A stretch of DNA of 64,000 nucleotides from a delta proteobacterium ML8_F1 (GTDB lineage Bacteria; Bacillota; Clostridia; Peptostreptococcales; Acidaminobacteraceae): NCBI GenBank assembly GCA_002029975.1, contig LQBE01000019.1, positions 444 through 64,443 of the forward strand. The letters are read 5' to 3'. How positions within the stretch are numbered: the stretch's first letter is position 1; the number at the start of each line of letters is the position of its first letter. Below the pieces are notes generated by a model. It made no database searches and was not told where the DNA came from. It saw only the letters and a list, made by a program, of their open reading frames with translations. Positions 38,166-48,492 of this stretch are shown in pieces. The position numbers were made by a program, and so were the translations under genes.

Positions 38166-40301
38166 ATGAAGCAAAAGACATTCAAAATGACCCTTGGCAA
38201 TCGCGAGTTGATTGCGGAAATCGGTCGTTACGCCCCCCTGGCCCACGGAGCTGTCATGCTCCGCTATGGTGACACGGCCGTGCTGACTACCGCTGTAAGG
38301 GGAAAGCCCAGGGAAGGCCTTGATTTTTTCCCTTTGAGCTGTGAATACCAGGAAAAAATGTACGCTGTGGGGAAAATTCCAGGAGGTTACATTAAACGGG
38401 AGGGCAGACCCTCTGAAAATGCTGTTTTGACCTCTCGGCTGATTGACCGGCCGATTCGACCGCTTTTCCCTGAATCCTACAAGGATGAGGTCCAGGTCGT
38501 GGCACAGGTCATGGCCGTGGACCAGGACAACAGCCCTGAAATGACCGCCATGGTAGGGTCATCCATTGCACTGTCCATCGCTAAGGACATACCCTTCAAC
38601 GGCCCTACGGGATCGGTTCAAGTGGGTCTGGTCGACGGGAAGTATGTCATCAATCCTTCGGTGGAAGAAATGGAAAAATCACTCATGGACCTGGTTGTCT
38701 CCGGCACCAAAGATGCCATTATGATGGTGGAAGCGGGATCGAAGTTCGTCTCAGAGGACCAGATGCTTGACGGCATCATGTTCGCCCATGAGGCCATCAA
38801 GGAGATTGTCGCTTTTGTGGAGTCGATTCAGGAAGAACTGGGAATTGTCAAAGAAGCCTACCTGCCCCCCGAGGTCAATGAACCACTCAGGGACTTCGTC
38901 AAAGAAGTGGTTGATGAGGCGCTCTACAAGGCGGTTAGAATCCAGGATAAAACTGAACGGGGAGATTTTGAAGGGGCCTTGATGGACCAACTGCTTCAAG
39001 CCCTGGAAGAAAAATATCCCGAGGACTATACGGATCTGATTCCAGAAGCCAAAGGATTTTTCAAAGCTCTGGAGAAAAAGCAGATGCGCCGGATGATTAC
39101 CCATGAGAATCTCAGACCTGACGGGCGCCGACCAGATGAAATCCGTCAGATAACCAGTGAGGCCAAAATTTTCAACCGGACCCACGGAAGCGGTTTTTTC
39201 ATGAGAGGGGAAACCTCGGCCCTTTCCATTACGACTCTGGGCGCACTGGGAGAAGCCCAGCGACTGGACGGTATTGATCTTGAAGAAACCCGCCGGTTCA
39301 TGCACCACTACAATTTCCCGCCTTTTTCTGTGGGAGAGCCCGGCAGGATGATGGGACCCAATCGTCGGGCCATCGGTCACGGCGCCCTTGGTGAAAGGGC
39401 CCTCATGCAGGTGCTTCCCAATGAAGAGGATTTTCCCTATACCATCCGCATCGTCTCTGAAGTACTGAGCTCCAACGGCTCAACTTCCCAAGCGAGTATC
39501 TGTGCCTCCTCCCTGAGTATGATGGACGCCGGCGTGCCCATCAAGGCCCCGGTCGCCGGGATAGCCATGGGACTGATCAAAGAGGATGAAAAGGTTACCG
39601 TGCTGAGCGATATCCAGGGAATGGAAGATTTCCTGGGAGACATGGATTTCAAGGTAGCGGGGACGACAGAAGGCATCACAGCGATTCAGATGGATATTAA
39701 AATCCAGGGAATCGACCGTGATATCATGGTGACTGCTCTGGAACAGGCACGCATCGGCAGACTGCACATCCTGTCCAAAATGAGTGAAACCCTTGAAGAA
39801 CCCCGAAAAGAGCTTTCCCAGTACGCGCCAAGGGTCTTCAACCTGAGAGTCCATCCCGACAAAATCCGGGAAATCATCGGACCGGGTGGCAAGGTCATCA
39901 CCAAGATTACCTCTGAATGCAATGTGAAGATTGACATAGATGACTCGGGAATGGTTCTGATTACCGCCGTGGACGGAAAAGGCGGCAATGAAGCCAAACG
40001 ACGCATAGAAGAAATTGTCAAGGATGTTGAGAAAGGCGAAATCTACAATGCCAAAATTGTTAAAATTGCCAAGTTTGGCGCTTTTGTGGAACTGCTTCCC
40101 GGCAAGGATGCGCTTTGCCACATCTCCCAGTTGACCATGAAACGCCTCAACAATGTCGAGGACGAGTTCAAGGTCGGGGATGAAATCGTGGTCAAGGTTC
40201 TGGAAATCGATGCTCAGGGAAAAGTCAGCGTTTCACGCAAGGTGCTACTGGAGGAAACGGCAAAAAAAGAACATCCCAGGAGTGAGAGTCCCCAGAAATA
40301 A
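38166..40301 (+). CDS. pnp: Polyribonucleotide nucleotidyltransferase (PNPase)
   Basis: Two RNase PH domains, a KH domain (IREIIGPGGKVITKI) and an S1 domain (YNAKIVKIAKFGAFVEL). AGGAGGAG lies upstream of ATG 38166. Confidence 0.96.
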   Translation: MKQKTFKMTLGNRELIAEIGRYAPLAHGAVMLRYGDTAVLTTAVRGKPREGLDFFPLSCEYQEKMYAVGKIPGGYIKREGRPSENAVLTSRLIDRPIRPLFPESYKDEVQVVAQVMAVDQDNSPEMTAMVGSSIALSIAKDIPFNGPTGSVQVGLVDGKYVINPSVEEMEKSLMDLVVSGTKDAIMMVEAGSKFVSEDQMLDGIMFAHEAIKEIVAFVESIQEELGIVKEAYLPPEVNEPLRDFVKEVVDEALYKAVRIQDKTERGDFEGALMDQLLQALEEKYPEDYTDLIPEAKGFFKALEKKQMRRMITHENLRPDGRRPDEIRQITSEAKIFNRTHGSGFFMRGETSALSITTLGALGEAQRLDGIDLEETRRFMHHYNFPPFSVGEPGRMMGPNRRAIGHGALGERALMQVLPNEEDFPYTIRIVSEVLSSNGSTSQASICASSLSMMDAGVPIKAPVAGIAMGLIKEDEKVTVLSDIQGMEDFLGDMDFKVAGTTEGITAIQMDIKIQGIDRDIMVTALEQARIGRLHILSKMSETLEEPRKELSQYAPRVFNLRVHPDKIREIIGPGGKVITKITSECNVKIDIDDSGMVLITAVDGKGGNEAKRRIEEIVKDVEKGEIYNAKIVKIAKFGAFVELLPGKDALCHISQLTMKRLNNVEDEFKVGDEIVVKVLEIDAQGKVSVSRKVLLEETAKKEHPRSESPQK

Positions 40302-40319
40302 GCGGCGGCACACCAAAAG

Positions 40320-40355
40320 AGGGTGCAAGTTGGGAAGATGCCTGACTTGCACCCT
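40320..40355 (+). terminator. Terminator-like hairpin after pnp
   Basis: AGGGTGCAAGT-(14-nt loop)-ACTTGCACCCT (11-bp stem), but only a short T-tract (TTTAG). Confidence 0.55.
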
Positions 40356-40384
40356 TTAGAATTCAAAGGTTCAGGAGAGATCAT

Positions 40385-41671
40385 TTGCATAAAATACATT
40401 ATCTGGATAATCGAATGCCCGTCGCCCTCTATCCCATGGGGGAGGCAAAAACGGTATCCATCGGCTTTTTTATCCCCGCGGGCACTATTCATGAGGCGGG
40501 CTATCCCTCGGGGATTTCCCATGTGATTGAACATATGCTTTTCAAGGGGACACAGCACTACAGCGCCTACGATATTGCCATTGCCATGGACCACATCGGA
40601 GGAGAACTCAACGCCTACACCTCAAAGGAGTGTACCGGTATTCTGGCCCGGGTGCTTCCAGAGGATCTGGCGGTTCCCATCAACCTGGTAGAAGAAATGC
40701 TTTTTCGAAGTCGTTTTGAAAAAGAGGATCTGATCAAGGAAAAAGCTGTCATTCTGGAAGAAATCCTGTCCTACGAGGATTCCCCGGAGGATATCAGTTA
40801 CGACGGGCTTTCAAAGGTGATTTATAAAGGGTCCCCCCTGGTCCACCCCATACTGGGTACCCGGGAGAGTCTTGAGAAAATTGATGAAAAAGTGCTCCGG
40901 GACTATTTCAACAGATTTTATGACCCGGGGGCCATGGTCATCAGTGTCGCCGGAAAAATCGATGCCGGTCGGGTGCTGGCCCTGTTGAACAGTACCTTTG
41001 GCACCAATAAAGTCCGAAGGCGCCACTATCTGCCGGCTGTAAAACGGGTCCCTTTCCAGGGGGGGAAATTTCTCAAGACCAGGAATTTTGAACAGACCCA
41101 CCTGGATATTGCACTCTGGGGCCCTGAGGAGGAGCACCGGCTCTACTACGCAGCCAGCATTTTGAATAATATTCTGGGAGGAACCATCAGTTCGCGACTC
41201 TTTCAAAGAATCAGAGAAGAGAAGGGGCTGGTCTACAGTATTCACTCCCAGATCAATGCCTATGAAAGCGCCGGGAGTTTGATGATCAGCTATTCCCTGA
41301 ACAAATCCCAGGTGGAAAAAGCCACACATCTGATTTTAAAGGAACTGGTCCGTCTCAGGGACCAGGGCATCACCCCAGAGGAGTTTCACCATTCCAAGAA
41401 GCATCTTGTCGGGAATATGCTCCTGGAAACTGAAACGCCGGAGGATTTCATGAGTCTCATGGCGAAGGACCTTCTTTACAGGAGACCTGTCCCCAGTGTT
41501 GAAAAAATCCTGAGTCGGATTGAAGCGACCCGTTTCGAGGAAGTCGGTCAGGTCGTCGATCTCCTTTTCAGTCATCCGGTGGCCTTCGGCGCCGTGGGCC
41601 AGATTGTACCTTCGGAGTTCGAGGCGCTTTATGAAAAACTATCAAACACCCTGGAGGAAAAACATGTCTAA
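40385..41671 (+). CDS. M16-family (pitrilysin/insulinase-like) zinc peptidase
   Basis: Inverted zinc motif HVIEH (HxxEH) followed by ...GT.H. 428 aa. TTG start with CAGGAGAGA upstream. Synteny matches ymxG/mlpA after pnp. Confidence 0.88.
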   Translation: MHKIHYLDNRMPVALYPMGEAKTVSIGFFIPAGTIHEAGYPSGISHVIEHMLFKGTQHYSAYDIAIAMDHIGGELNAYTSKECTGILARVLPEDLAVPINLVEEMLFRSRFEKEDLIKEKAVILEEILSYEDSPEDISYDGLSKVIYKGSPLVHPILGTRESLEKIDEKVLRDYFNRFYDPGAMVISVAGKIDAGRVLALLNSTFGTNKVRRRHYLPAVKRVPFQGGKFLKTRNFEQTHLDIALWGPEEEHRLYYAASILNNILGGTISSRLFQRIREEKGLVYSIHSQINAYESAGSLMISYSLNKSQVEKATHLILKELVRLRDQGITPEEFHHSKKHLVGNMLLETETPEDFMSLMAKDLLYRRPVPSVEKILSRIEATRFEEVGQVVDLLFSHPVAFGAVGQIVPSEFEALYEKLSNTLEEKHV

Positions 41672-42098
41672 AGTCAAAATTGTCAACAAAGGGGTCAATC
41701 CCCTGCCGGAGTACAAAACCCCCGGTTCCTCGGGAATGGATCTCATGGCCTGGCTTGAGGAGCCCCTGACCCTGGAATCCCTCGAGAGGGCCCTTGTGCC
41801 CACGGGCCTGTATATTGAGCTGCAGCCCGGATATGAGGCTCAGATTCGACCGAGAAGCGGTATGAGCATCAAGCACGGTCTCACCCTGATCAATGCCGTG
41901 GGCACCATCGACAGTGATTATCGGGGGGAACTCAGGATTCCAGTCGTCAATCTGTCCAGAGAGCCCTTCACCATCCACAGCGGAGACCGCATCGCCCAGA
42001 TGATTGTGGCGCCCTATGACCGGGTGATTCTTCAAGAGGTGGACAGCCTGGAGGATTCTGATAGAGGAGAGGGTGGATTTGGCTCGACAGGTCGATAA
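41664..42098 (+). CDS. dut: dUTP diphosphatase
   Basis: GSSGMDL, RPRSGMS, GTIDSDYRGEL, DRIAQMIV, RGEGGFGSTG. Confidence 0.95.
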   Translation: MSKVKIVNKGVNPLPEYKTPGSSGMDLMAWLEEPLTLESLERALVPTGLYIELQPGYEAQIRPRSGMSIKHGLTLINAVGTIDSDYRGELRIPVVNLSREPFTIHSGDRIAQMIVAPYDRVILQEVDSLEDSDRGEGGFGSTGR

Positions 42099-43299
42099 CT
42101 CTAGGATTATCGTCAAAAAATTCGGGGGCACTTCGGTGATGACGCAGGGGGACCGAAGCCGCATTCGGGACTTGGTGCTGCTAGACCTCCAAAAAGAACT
42201 CATTCCCGTCCTGGTGGTATCTGCCATGGGTCGGCAAAGCGCTCCCTATGCCACGGATACCCTGATAGGACTCTACCGGCAGATCCATCAAGCCACAAAT
42301 CACCGGGATCTCGACCTGTTGATGAGCTGTGGAGAAATCATTTCAGCAACCCTCATTTCGGCGACACTGAACGCTGCCGGCCTGGTCTCCAGGGCCTTGA
42401 CAGGGTTTCATGCGGGAATTGTCACCGATAACACCCATGGGGGCGCTGAGGTGCTGGCTGTCAATCCGGAATATATTGAAAAACTGCTTTCTGAGGGCAT
42501 TATCCCGGTGATCAGTGGATTTCAGGGAATCTCTGTGGAAGGGGAAATCACTACCCTGGGTCGGGGAGGGTCGGATACCACCGCCGCCCTGATCGGAGAA
42601 GCCTTGAAAGCCCAGAAGGTTGAGATTTACACCGATGTGGAGGGGGTCATGACTGCCGACCCAACAATAGTTGAAAATGCAACGATACTTTCAGGAATGA
42701 CCTATGAGGAAATGTACGAAATGGCCCGGCACGGGGCAAAGGTCCTGGATTTCAATGCCGTGGATGTTGCCAAGCGTTCCGGATTGAAGCTGGTCATCAA
42801 AAATTCCAGTTCCTCCTTCGCGGGCACCACTGTCACGGACCGGGTACTGGATGAACGGGTGCTGACGGCCATCACCTCGGATGAACCCTGGACCCAGTAT
42901 CAGCTTGAGAATCTCAAGGAATCCTTTGATGACAAAGGGTTCATGGATGAACTGAGCCGCCGGAAAATCAGTATCGACATGATCAACTTTTTTGAGGCTT
43001 CCAAATACTTCATCATTGATTCCCGGCTGGAGGACAGCCTTGATGAAGCCCTTGAGGCCCTGGGCATTGCCTATGACAAACGAAAAGACTGTGCCAAGGT
43101 CACTGTCATCGGTCATCGCATCCACGGGGTGCCCGGCATCATGAGACGCATCGTCAATGCCCTCGAGGGCAACGGAATCACCATATTGCAGACTTCGGAT
43201 TCAAGCATGACCATCAGTTGTCTCATCCGGAATGACCGTGCCAGTGATGCCGTCAATTATCTGCATCAGGCCTTTGACATGGAAAAAAATGAGGGTTAG
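42073..43299 (+). CDS. Aspartate kinase (monofunctional, two C-terminal ACT domains)
   Basis: IVKKFGGTSV, SAMG..T, GRGGSDTTAALIG, TDVEGVMTADP. The start is uncertain (GTG 42073 or TTG 42079), and it overlaps the dut end. Confidence 0.92.
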   Translation: MDLARQVDNSRIIVKKFGGTSVMTQGDRSRIRDLVLLDLQKELIPVLVVSAMGRQSAPYATDTLIGLYRQIHQATNHRDLDLLMSCGEIISATLISATLNAAGLVSRALTGFHAGIVTDNTHGGAEVLAVNPEYIEKLLSEGIIPVISGFQGISVEGEITTLGRGGSDTTAALIGEALKAQKVEIYTDVEGVMTADPTIVENATILSGMTYEEMYEMARHGAKVLDFNAVDVAKRSGLKLVIKNSSSSFAGTTVTDRVLDERVLTAITSDEPWTQYQLENLKESFDDKGFMDELSRRKISIDMINFFEASKYFIIDSRLEDSLDEALEALGIAYDKRKDCAKVTVIGHRIHGVPGIMRRIVNALEGNGITILQTSDSSMTISCLIRNDRASDAVNYLHQAFDMEKNEG

Positions 43300-43321
43300 C
43301 AGCCATCATTTTTTTTGGTTG

Positions 43322-43330
43322 TGTTATAAT
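43322..43330 (+). promoter_or_regulatory. Extended -10 promoter element upstream of ftsK
   Basis: TGtTATAAT, 16-25 nt upstream of the candidate ftsK starts. Confidence 0.45.
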
Positions 43331-43345
43331 TGACCTGTAGAAGGG

Positions 43346-45574
43346 GTGAGACAATTGACCAGTAAAAACCAGACAAAAAACAAGAAAAGACCTGGGACAA
43401 AAAAGAGCAGGGCCACGGCAAAATCCCTGAAACGACGCTATGAAATCACCCTGGTACTGCTGCTGTCCTTTACCGTTATTTCAATCCTTTCCCTGCACAC
43501 TGAATCCGTGGGAATCCTGGGAAAACTGATCCGGTCCCTGACCCTCGGCTTCTTCGGAAGGGGAGGAATGGTCTTTCCCTATGTGCTTTTTCTGATAATA
43601 TTCCTGAAAATCAATAAAAATTTCAAAGAAGTTCAAATCCGTTACACCGCAGGACTTGCCGCCATTTTTTTTGCCCTGGCCCTGGCCCTGGCCATCGATG
43701 ATTTCAATCAGATCCGGGACAGTTATCTTTCAAGCGGTGCCGGCTATTTCAACCTTGATTTTTTCAAGGCTTCCTACAGCGCCGGAGTGGCCTTGACCGG
43801 TGCCGGGGTCATTTTCAACACTCTGGCGCTTTTCCTGTATTCAACCATGGGAAAATACGGGCTGCTGATCGTCACCATGGCCTTTGCCATGATAGGCCTC
43901 CTGCTAGTGGTCAACTACCGGGTGACCTACGAGGGCCTCAAGGGGTTGAAAAGAAAGACCCGGACACCCACCAAGGCTCTTTCACAAAAGAAAAGGCCTG
44001 CCGATGTGTCTGAACCGGTGACCAGGGAAGAGACTCCGGTGACGCCTAAGCCTCCGAAGGACATCAAAATATTCAGCTATAATGACTTCAATCCCAGAAA
44101 CCAGGACCCTGAGGAGGGAAAAAGCGAACAGGAGATTCTTCAGGAGCTCAATAAAAACGTGACTTCCAAAATCACAAACTATGTGAAGCCCAGAAGCTCC
44201 ATGCTTATCAAGCCAAAAATAATCAGTGATTCCCTGGACAAATCCGAGATTTTAAAGAATGCCGAGCACCTAGAAAAGACCCTGGGCAATTTCGGCATCC
44301 GGGGCAAAGTCATGGAAATCAGCAGGGGACCCACCATCACCCGGTATGAACTCCAGCCGGAAGCGGGCATCAAGCTATCGAAGATCATCGCCCTGGCGGA
44401 TGATTTGGCGCTTAACATGGCGGTTTCCCAGGTTAGAATTGCTCCGGTCCCCGGCAAGGTCGCCGTGGGGATTGAAATTCCCAATGAAGAAAATTCCATG
44501 GTTCAAATCCGGGAGATTCTCGAAAGTGACGCTTTTAAAAGCTCCAAGTCAAAGCTCACCATGGCCCTTGGCAAAAACATCAGCGGCAAACCGGTGGTCT
44601 TTGATCTTGGAGACATGCCGCACCTGCTCATTGCAGGGGCTACCGGTTCCGGTAAAAGTGTCTGTGTGAATACCATCATCACCAGCCTGCTTTTCAACGC
44701 CACACCGGATGAAGTGAAACTCCTGATGATTGACCCGAAGGTGGTGGAACTCAATGTCTACAACGGGATTCCCCATTTGATTCTGCCGGTAGTCACCAAC
44801 CCCAAGAAGGCTTCCATTGCCCTGGGCTGGGCAGTGAATGAAATGAACCGCCGCTACGAGTCCTTTGCCCAGCAGCAGGTCAAGGACATTGACGGGTACA
44901 ATCGAAAGAATCCGCAAGCCGCTTTGCCGAAAATCGTGGTTATCATTGATGAACTGGCCGATTTGATGATGGTCGCCCCCAACCAGGTGGAGGACGCCAT
45001 TGCGCGGCTGGCCCAGATGGCCAGAGCGGCTGGCATCCACTTGATTGTGGCGACACAAAGACCCTCAGTGGATGTCATCACCGGACTCATCAAGGCAAAC
45101 ATCACTTCCCGAATCGCCTTTTCGGTTTCCTCCCAGGTGGATTCACGAACCATTCTGGATTCGGCGGGGGCTGAAAAGCTCCTCGGCAAGGGGGACATGC
45201 TCTTCAGTCCTGTAGGGGCGCAAAAGCCCCTGCGTCTCCAGGGCGCCTTCATTTCCGAAGAGGAAATCGACAAGATTGTCACCCATATCAAAAAACAAGC
45301 GGGAGAAGTGGTCTATAACCACGAAATCCTTGATGAAACCCAGCAGATGCAGATGGCCATGGATTCCGATGATCTGATTCCTGAAATCATCAGGTTTTTG
45401 GTGAACCAAAAGACCATCAGTGTCTCAATGTTGCAAAGAAAGTTCAGGATTGGTTACAACAGGGCCGCCAGAATCATGGATGAACTCGAAGAAAAGAGCA
45501 TTGTCGGCCCCAATACAGGCTCCAAGCCGCGAGATGTCATTATGACCATTGAAGAGATGGAAAAATACCTCTAA
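43346..45574 (+). CDS. ftsK: DNA translocase FtsK/SpoIIIE
   Basis: N-terminal TM helices, a P/K/E-rich linker, motor domain GATGSGKSVCVN (Walker A) and IVVIIDELADL (Walker B), and the C-terminal gamma wHTH (MLQRKFRIGYNRAARIMDELE). The start may instead be TTG 43355. Confidence 0.95.
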   Translation: MRQLTSKNQTKNKKRPGTKKSRATAKSLKRRYEITLVLLLSFTVISILSLHTESVGILGKLIRSLTLGFFGRGGMVFPYVLFLIIFLKINKNFKEVQIRYTAGLAAIFFALALALAIDDFNQIRDSYLSSGAGYFNLDFFKASYSAGVALTGAGVIFNTLALFLYSTMGKYGLLIVTMAFAMIGLLLVVNYRVTYEGLKGLKRKTRTPTKALSQKKRPADVSEPVTREETPVTPKPPKDIKIFSYNDFNPRNQDPEEGKSEQEILQELNKNVTSKITNYVKPRSSMLIKPKIISDSLDKSEILKNAEHLEKTLGNFGIRGKVMEISRGPTITRYELQPEAGIKLSKIIALADDLALNMAVSQVRIAPVPGKVAVGIEIPNEENSMVQIREILESDAFKSSKSKLTMALGKNISGKPVVFDLGDMPHLLIAGATGSGKSVCVNTIITSLLFNATPDEVKLLMIDPKVVELNVYNGIPHLILPVVTNPKKASIALGWAVNEMNRRYESFAQQQVKDIDGYNRKNPQAALPKIVVIIDELADLMMVAPNQVEDAIARLAQMARAAGIHLIVATQRPSVDVITGLIKANITSRIAFSVSSQVDSRTILDSAGAEKLLGKGDMLFSPVGAQKPLRLQGAFISEEEIDKIVTHIKKQAGEVVYNHEILDETQQMQMAMDSDDLIPEIIRFLVNQKTISVSMLQRKFRIGYNRAARIMDELEEKSIVGPNTGSKPRDVIMTIEEMEKYL

Positions 45575-45589
45575 GGAGAAGAGACCCCT

Positions 45590-46627
45590 ATGCCGCGTTT
45601 GACCGTTGAAGCAGCACTCCGACACAAAGATTTAGTTTTTGTGGATGTCCGAAGTCCCCAGGAATTCAGTTATTCTCATATTCCTGGAGCGAAAAACTGG
45701 CCCATTCTGGACAATGAAGCCAGAGAGGCAGTGGGCACCATCTACAAGACCATGGGCCGGGAGAAAGCCATTGAAACAGGAATCCAGCACGTCAAGGAAA
45801 AACTCCCGAATTTCTACAGTGAAATTACCGCTCTGAGTCAAAGATACAATCATGTCCTGCTCTACTGTTCAAGAGGGGGAATGCGCTCGGGGACTCTCTA
45901 TGCCTTCGGGGAGAGTCTCGGCCTTGACAATCTCTATCTCTTGGAGGGGGGCTACAAGGCCTACAGGCAGCACGTGCTCAGCAACACCGAGGAGCTTTTG
46001 AAAAACAAAGACTTTGTCGTGATTCACGGCAGGACCGGTGTCGGCAAGACAGCTATCCTCAAGGCCCTCAAGGCCGGGGGGCTGCCGGTGATGGACCTTG
46101 AAGACCTTGCCAAAAACGCCGGCAGCGTCTTTGGACAGATTCCCTACCAGGAGAAACCGCCCTCCCAGAAAATGTTTGAAAACCTTGTCTACCACGAGCT
46201 GTCGACCCTTGGTCCGATGGTTTTTATGGAAAGTGAAAGCAAGCGGATCGGCCAGGTCAGCCTTTCAGAAACTTTTATGGAAACCATGGTCAGAGGCAGG
46301 CATATCCTTGTGGAAACCACTTTGAAAAATCGCGTGGCGGTCATTGCCGACCTGTACCTGGAAAAAATCAAAAAGGACCAGCTGAAAAAAGCCCTGGAGC
46401 ATCTGAGAAAGCGCCTGGGGCACAAAAAAGTGGATGAAATGATTCAGTGGATTGAAGAGGGTTCCTTTGAAAGGGTCATTGAAACTTTGATTGTGGACTA
46501 CTATGACCCCCTGTATGATCATTCGATTCAAAAATACCCGGATTATGTGATGAGACTTGACTATCAGCATATCCGTGAAGCTGTCGGGGAAATTACAAAA
46601 TTCTATCAAGAGGTTGTCAATGGATAA
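45590..46627 (+). CDS. selU: tRNA 2-selenouridine synthase (SelU/MnmH)
   Basis: N-terminal rhodanese domain with active-site loop YCSRGGMRSG, followed by P-loop HGRTGVGKTAIL. The architecture is typical of SelU. Confidence 0.85.
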   Translation: MPRLTVEAALRHKDLVFVDVRSPQEFSYSHIPGAKNWPILDNEAREAVGTIYKTMGREKAIETGIQHVKEKLPNFYSEITALSQRYNHVLLYCSRGGMRSGTLYAFGESLGLDNLYLLEGGYKAYRQHVLSNTEELLKNKDFVVIHGRTGVGKTAILKALKAGGLPVMDLEDLAKNAGSVFGQIPYQEKPPSQKMFENLVYHELSTLGPMVFMESESKRIGQVSLSETFMETMVRGRHILVETTLKNRVAVIADLYLEKIKKDQLKKALEHLRKRLGHKKVDEMIQWIEEGSFERVIETLIVDYYDPLYDHSIQKYPDYVMRLDYQHIREAVGEITKFYQEVVNG

Positions 46628-47957
46628 AAAACGGATTTACATGGAATCCCTGGGCTGTTCAAAGAACCAGGTGGATGCCGAGCAGATGCTGGGAATCCTT
46701 TCCTCAGACTATGACTTTACAACAATACAAGAGGAAGCCGATTATATTATTGTGAATACCTGTGCCTTTATTCACGATGCCAAGGTTGAAAGCGTGGATG
46801 CCATCATAGCGGCTGTGGGGAACCCCCGGGCCGGAGTGATTGTGACAGGCTGTCTGGCCCAGCGCTACCAGGCAGAGCTCTTAGAGGCGATACCGGAGGT
46901 CAGAGCCTTCGTCGGAACCACCCAGTTTCTGGAGATTGCCGAAGTCATCCGGCGTCTGGAAAGGGGGGAGGGGCCCATTGTCGAGACGGGGGATATCGAC
47001 AGGGTTTTCCCGCCTCAGGTTCCCCGAAAAACGCTGAGTCCTCCCTATTACGCCTATGTCAAGATTGCAGAGGGTTGTGACAACCGGTGCACCTACTGCA
47101 TTATTCCACAGCTGAGGGGCCGATACCGGTCGAGACCCTTGGAAGAGATTCTCAAGGAGGTCGGGGAGCTGGTTTCCTCGGGGGTCAGGGAGATTATCCT
47201 GATTGCCCAGGACACTTCCCGGTACGGCCTGGACCTCAACCGCGGCTATGGACTGCTTGAACTCCTCCAGGCCCTGGATTCAGTGGCCTCCTTGAAATGG
47301 ATCAGAATCCAGTACATGTATCCGGATATTCTGGACCGAAGACTTATTGAGGGCATCAGCCGGCTTGAAAAGGTGGTCCAGTACTTTGATATTCCCATAC
47401 AACACAGCAGCGACAGGATTCTGAAAAAAATGAATCGCCACACCAGCCAGGCTCAAATTATCAGGGTTTATGACATGATCAGGGAACTGATGCCCGGGGC
47501 GGTGATCAGAACCACCGTCATGGTGGGATTCCCCGGTGAAACCGAGGAGGATTTTGGCGGCTTGTATGAATTCATCCAGGCCCACCCCTTTGACAGACTG
47601 GGAGCCTTTAAGTATTCCGACGAGGAGGGGACTCCGGCACACAAGCTCGGGGACAAAGTCCCCGGGGAGACGGCCCTTAAGCGCTACGAAAGACTTATGG
47701 CCCGGCAGAGTGAAATCTCTGAAAGACTTCTCAGCCGGTGGCTTGACAGGACCCTGGTCTGCGTCGTCGATGAGGTGGCCCCCACCCAGGAGGAGACAAC
47801 CTATATCGGCAGGACCCCCTATGATACCCCCGAGGTGGATGGGGTGGTCTACATCAGCAGTGACACGGCTCTGAAACCGGGAGATTTTGTCACTGTGAGG
47901 ATTACAGACCATATGGAATATGATCTGATAGGAGTGAGAATCAATGAACCTGCCTAA
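46620..47957 (+). CDS. rimO: Ribosomal protein S12 (D88) methylthiotransferase RimO
   Basis: MTTase N-domain (SLGCSKNQVDAE), radical SAM CDNRCTYC, and a C-terminal TRAM domain. The start overlaps the selU stop by 8 nt. Confidence 0.92.
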   Translation: MDKKRIYMESLGCSKNQVDAEQMLGILSSDYDFTTIQEEADYIIVNTCAFIHDAKVESVDAIIAAVGNPRAGVIVTGCLAQRYQAELLEAIPEVRAFVGTTQFLEIAEVIRRLERGEGPIVETGDIDRVFPPQVPRKTLSPPYYAYVKIAEGCDNRCTYCIIPQLRGRYRSRPLEEILKEVGELVSSGVREIILIAQDTSRYGLDLNRGYGLLELLQALDSVASLKWIRIQYMYPDILDRRLIEGISRLEKVVQYFDIPIQHSSDRILKKMNRHTSQAQIIRVYDMIRELMPGAVIRTTVMVGFPGETEEDFGGLYEFIQAHPFDRLGAFKYSDEEGTPAHKLGDKVPGETALKRYERLMARQSEISERLLSRWLDRTLVCVVDEVAPTQEETTYIGRTPYDTPEVDGVVYISSDTALKPGDFVTVRITDHMEYDLIGVRINEPA

Positions 47958-48486
47958 TATGCTAAGTACTCTGAGGGTCTTCATGGTCCCGTTAATGCTG
48001 GTCTTTCTTTTGATTGAGTCCCTGGAAAATCCCCTGGCCGCTCTGGTGATATTCATCCTGGCCTCAATTACAGATTTTCTGGATGGCTATATTGCGAGAA
48101 AATACCATCTGATTACAAAACTCGGCAAGCTTATCGATCCCCTGGCGGACAAGATTCTAACGGCTGCCGCCTTTATCGCCCTGACCTATCTCAGACAGAT
48201 CAATCCCTGGATTGTCATTGCCATTATTTCGCGGGAGTTTATCGTCAGTATTTTTCGGGCCATCGCCGCCTCAGAGGGCAGGGTGATTGCGGCGAGCAGC
48301 TGGGGAAAATTCAAAACCGTCACCCAGATGCTCACCATCATAGTGATGCTTCTTATCATGAGCTTCCCCTCTGCTTTGGGGAACTTCATGGTCATAGGAC
48401 GGATTATGGCCTGGCTGACCCTGGGACTGACTGTTGTCAGCGCAGTGGACTATATTGTCAAAAATATTGAGGTTCTTAAGGAGTAG
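47944..48486 (+). CDS. pgsA: CDP-diacylglycerol--glycerol-3-phosphate 3-phosphatidyltransferase
   Basis: CDP-alcohol phosphatidyltransferase motif DFLDGYIARK....GKLIDPLADK, with four or more TM helices. Confidence 0.94.
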   Translation: MNLPNMLSTLRVFMVPLMLVFLLIESLENPLAALVIFILASITDFLDGYIARKYHLITKLGKLIDPLADKILTAAAFIALTYLRQINPWIVIAIISREFIVSIFRAIAASEGRVIAASSWGKFKTVTQMLTIIVMLLIMSFPSALGNFMVIGRIMAWLTLGLTVVSAVDYIVKNIEVLKE

Positions 48487-48492
48487 ATAGCC

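Noticed and set aside
42040-42080. An expected lysine riboswitch (L-box) upstream of aspartate kinase, and an FMN riboswitch near ribF.
   Set aside because: Aspartate kinase overlaps the dut 3' end and ribF overlaps truB, so there is no untranslated space for a riboswitch.
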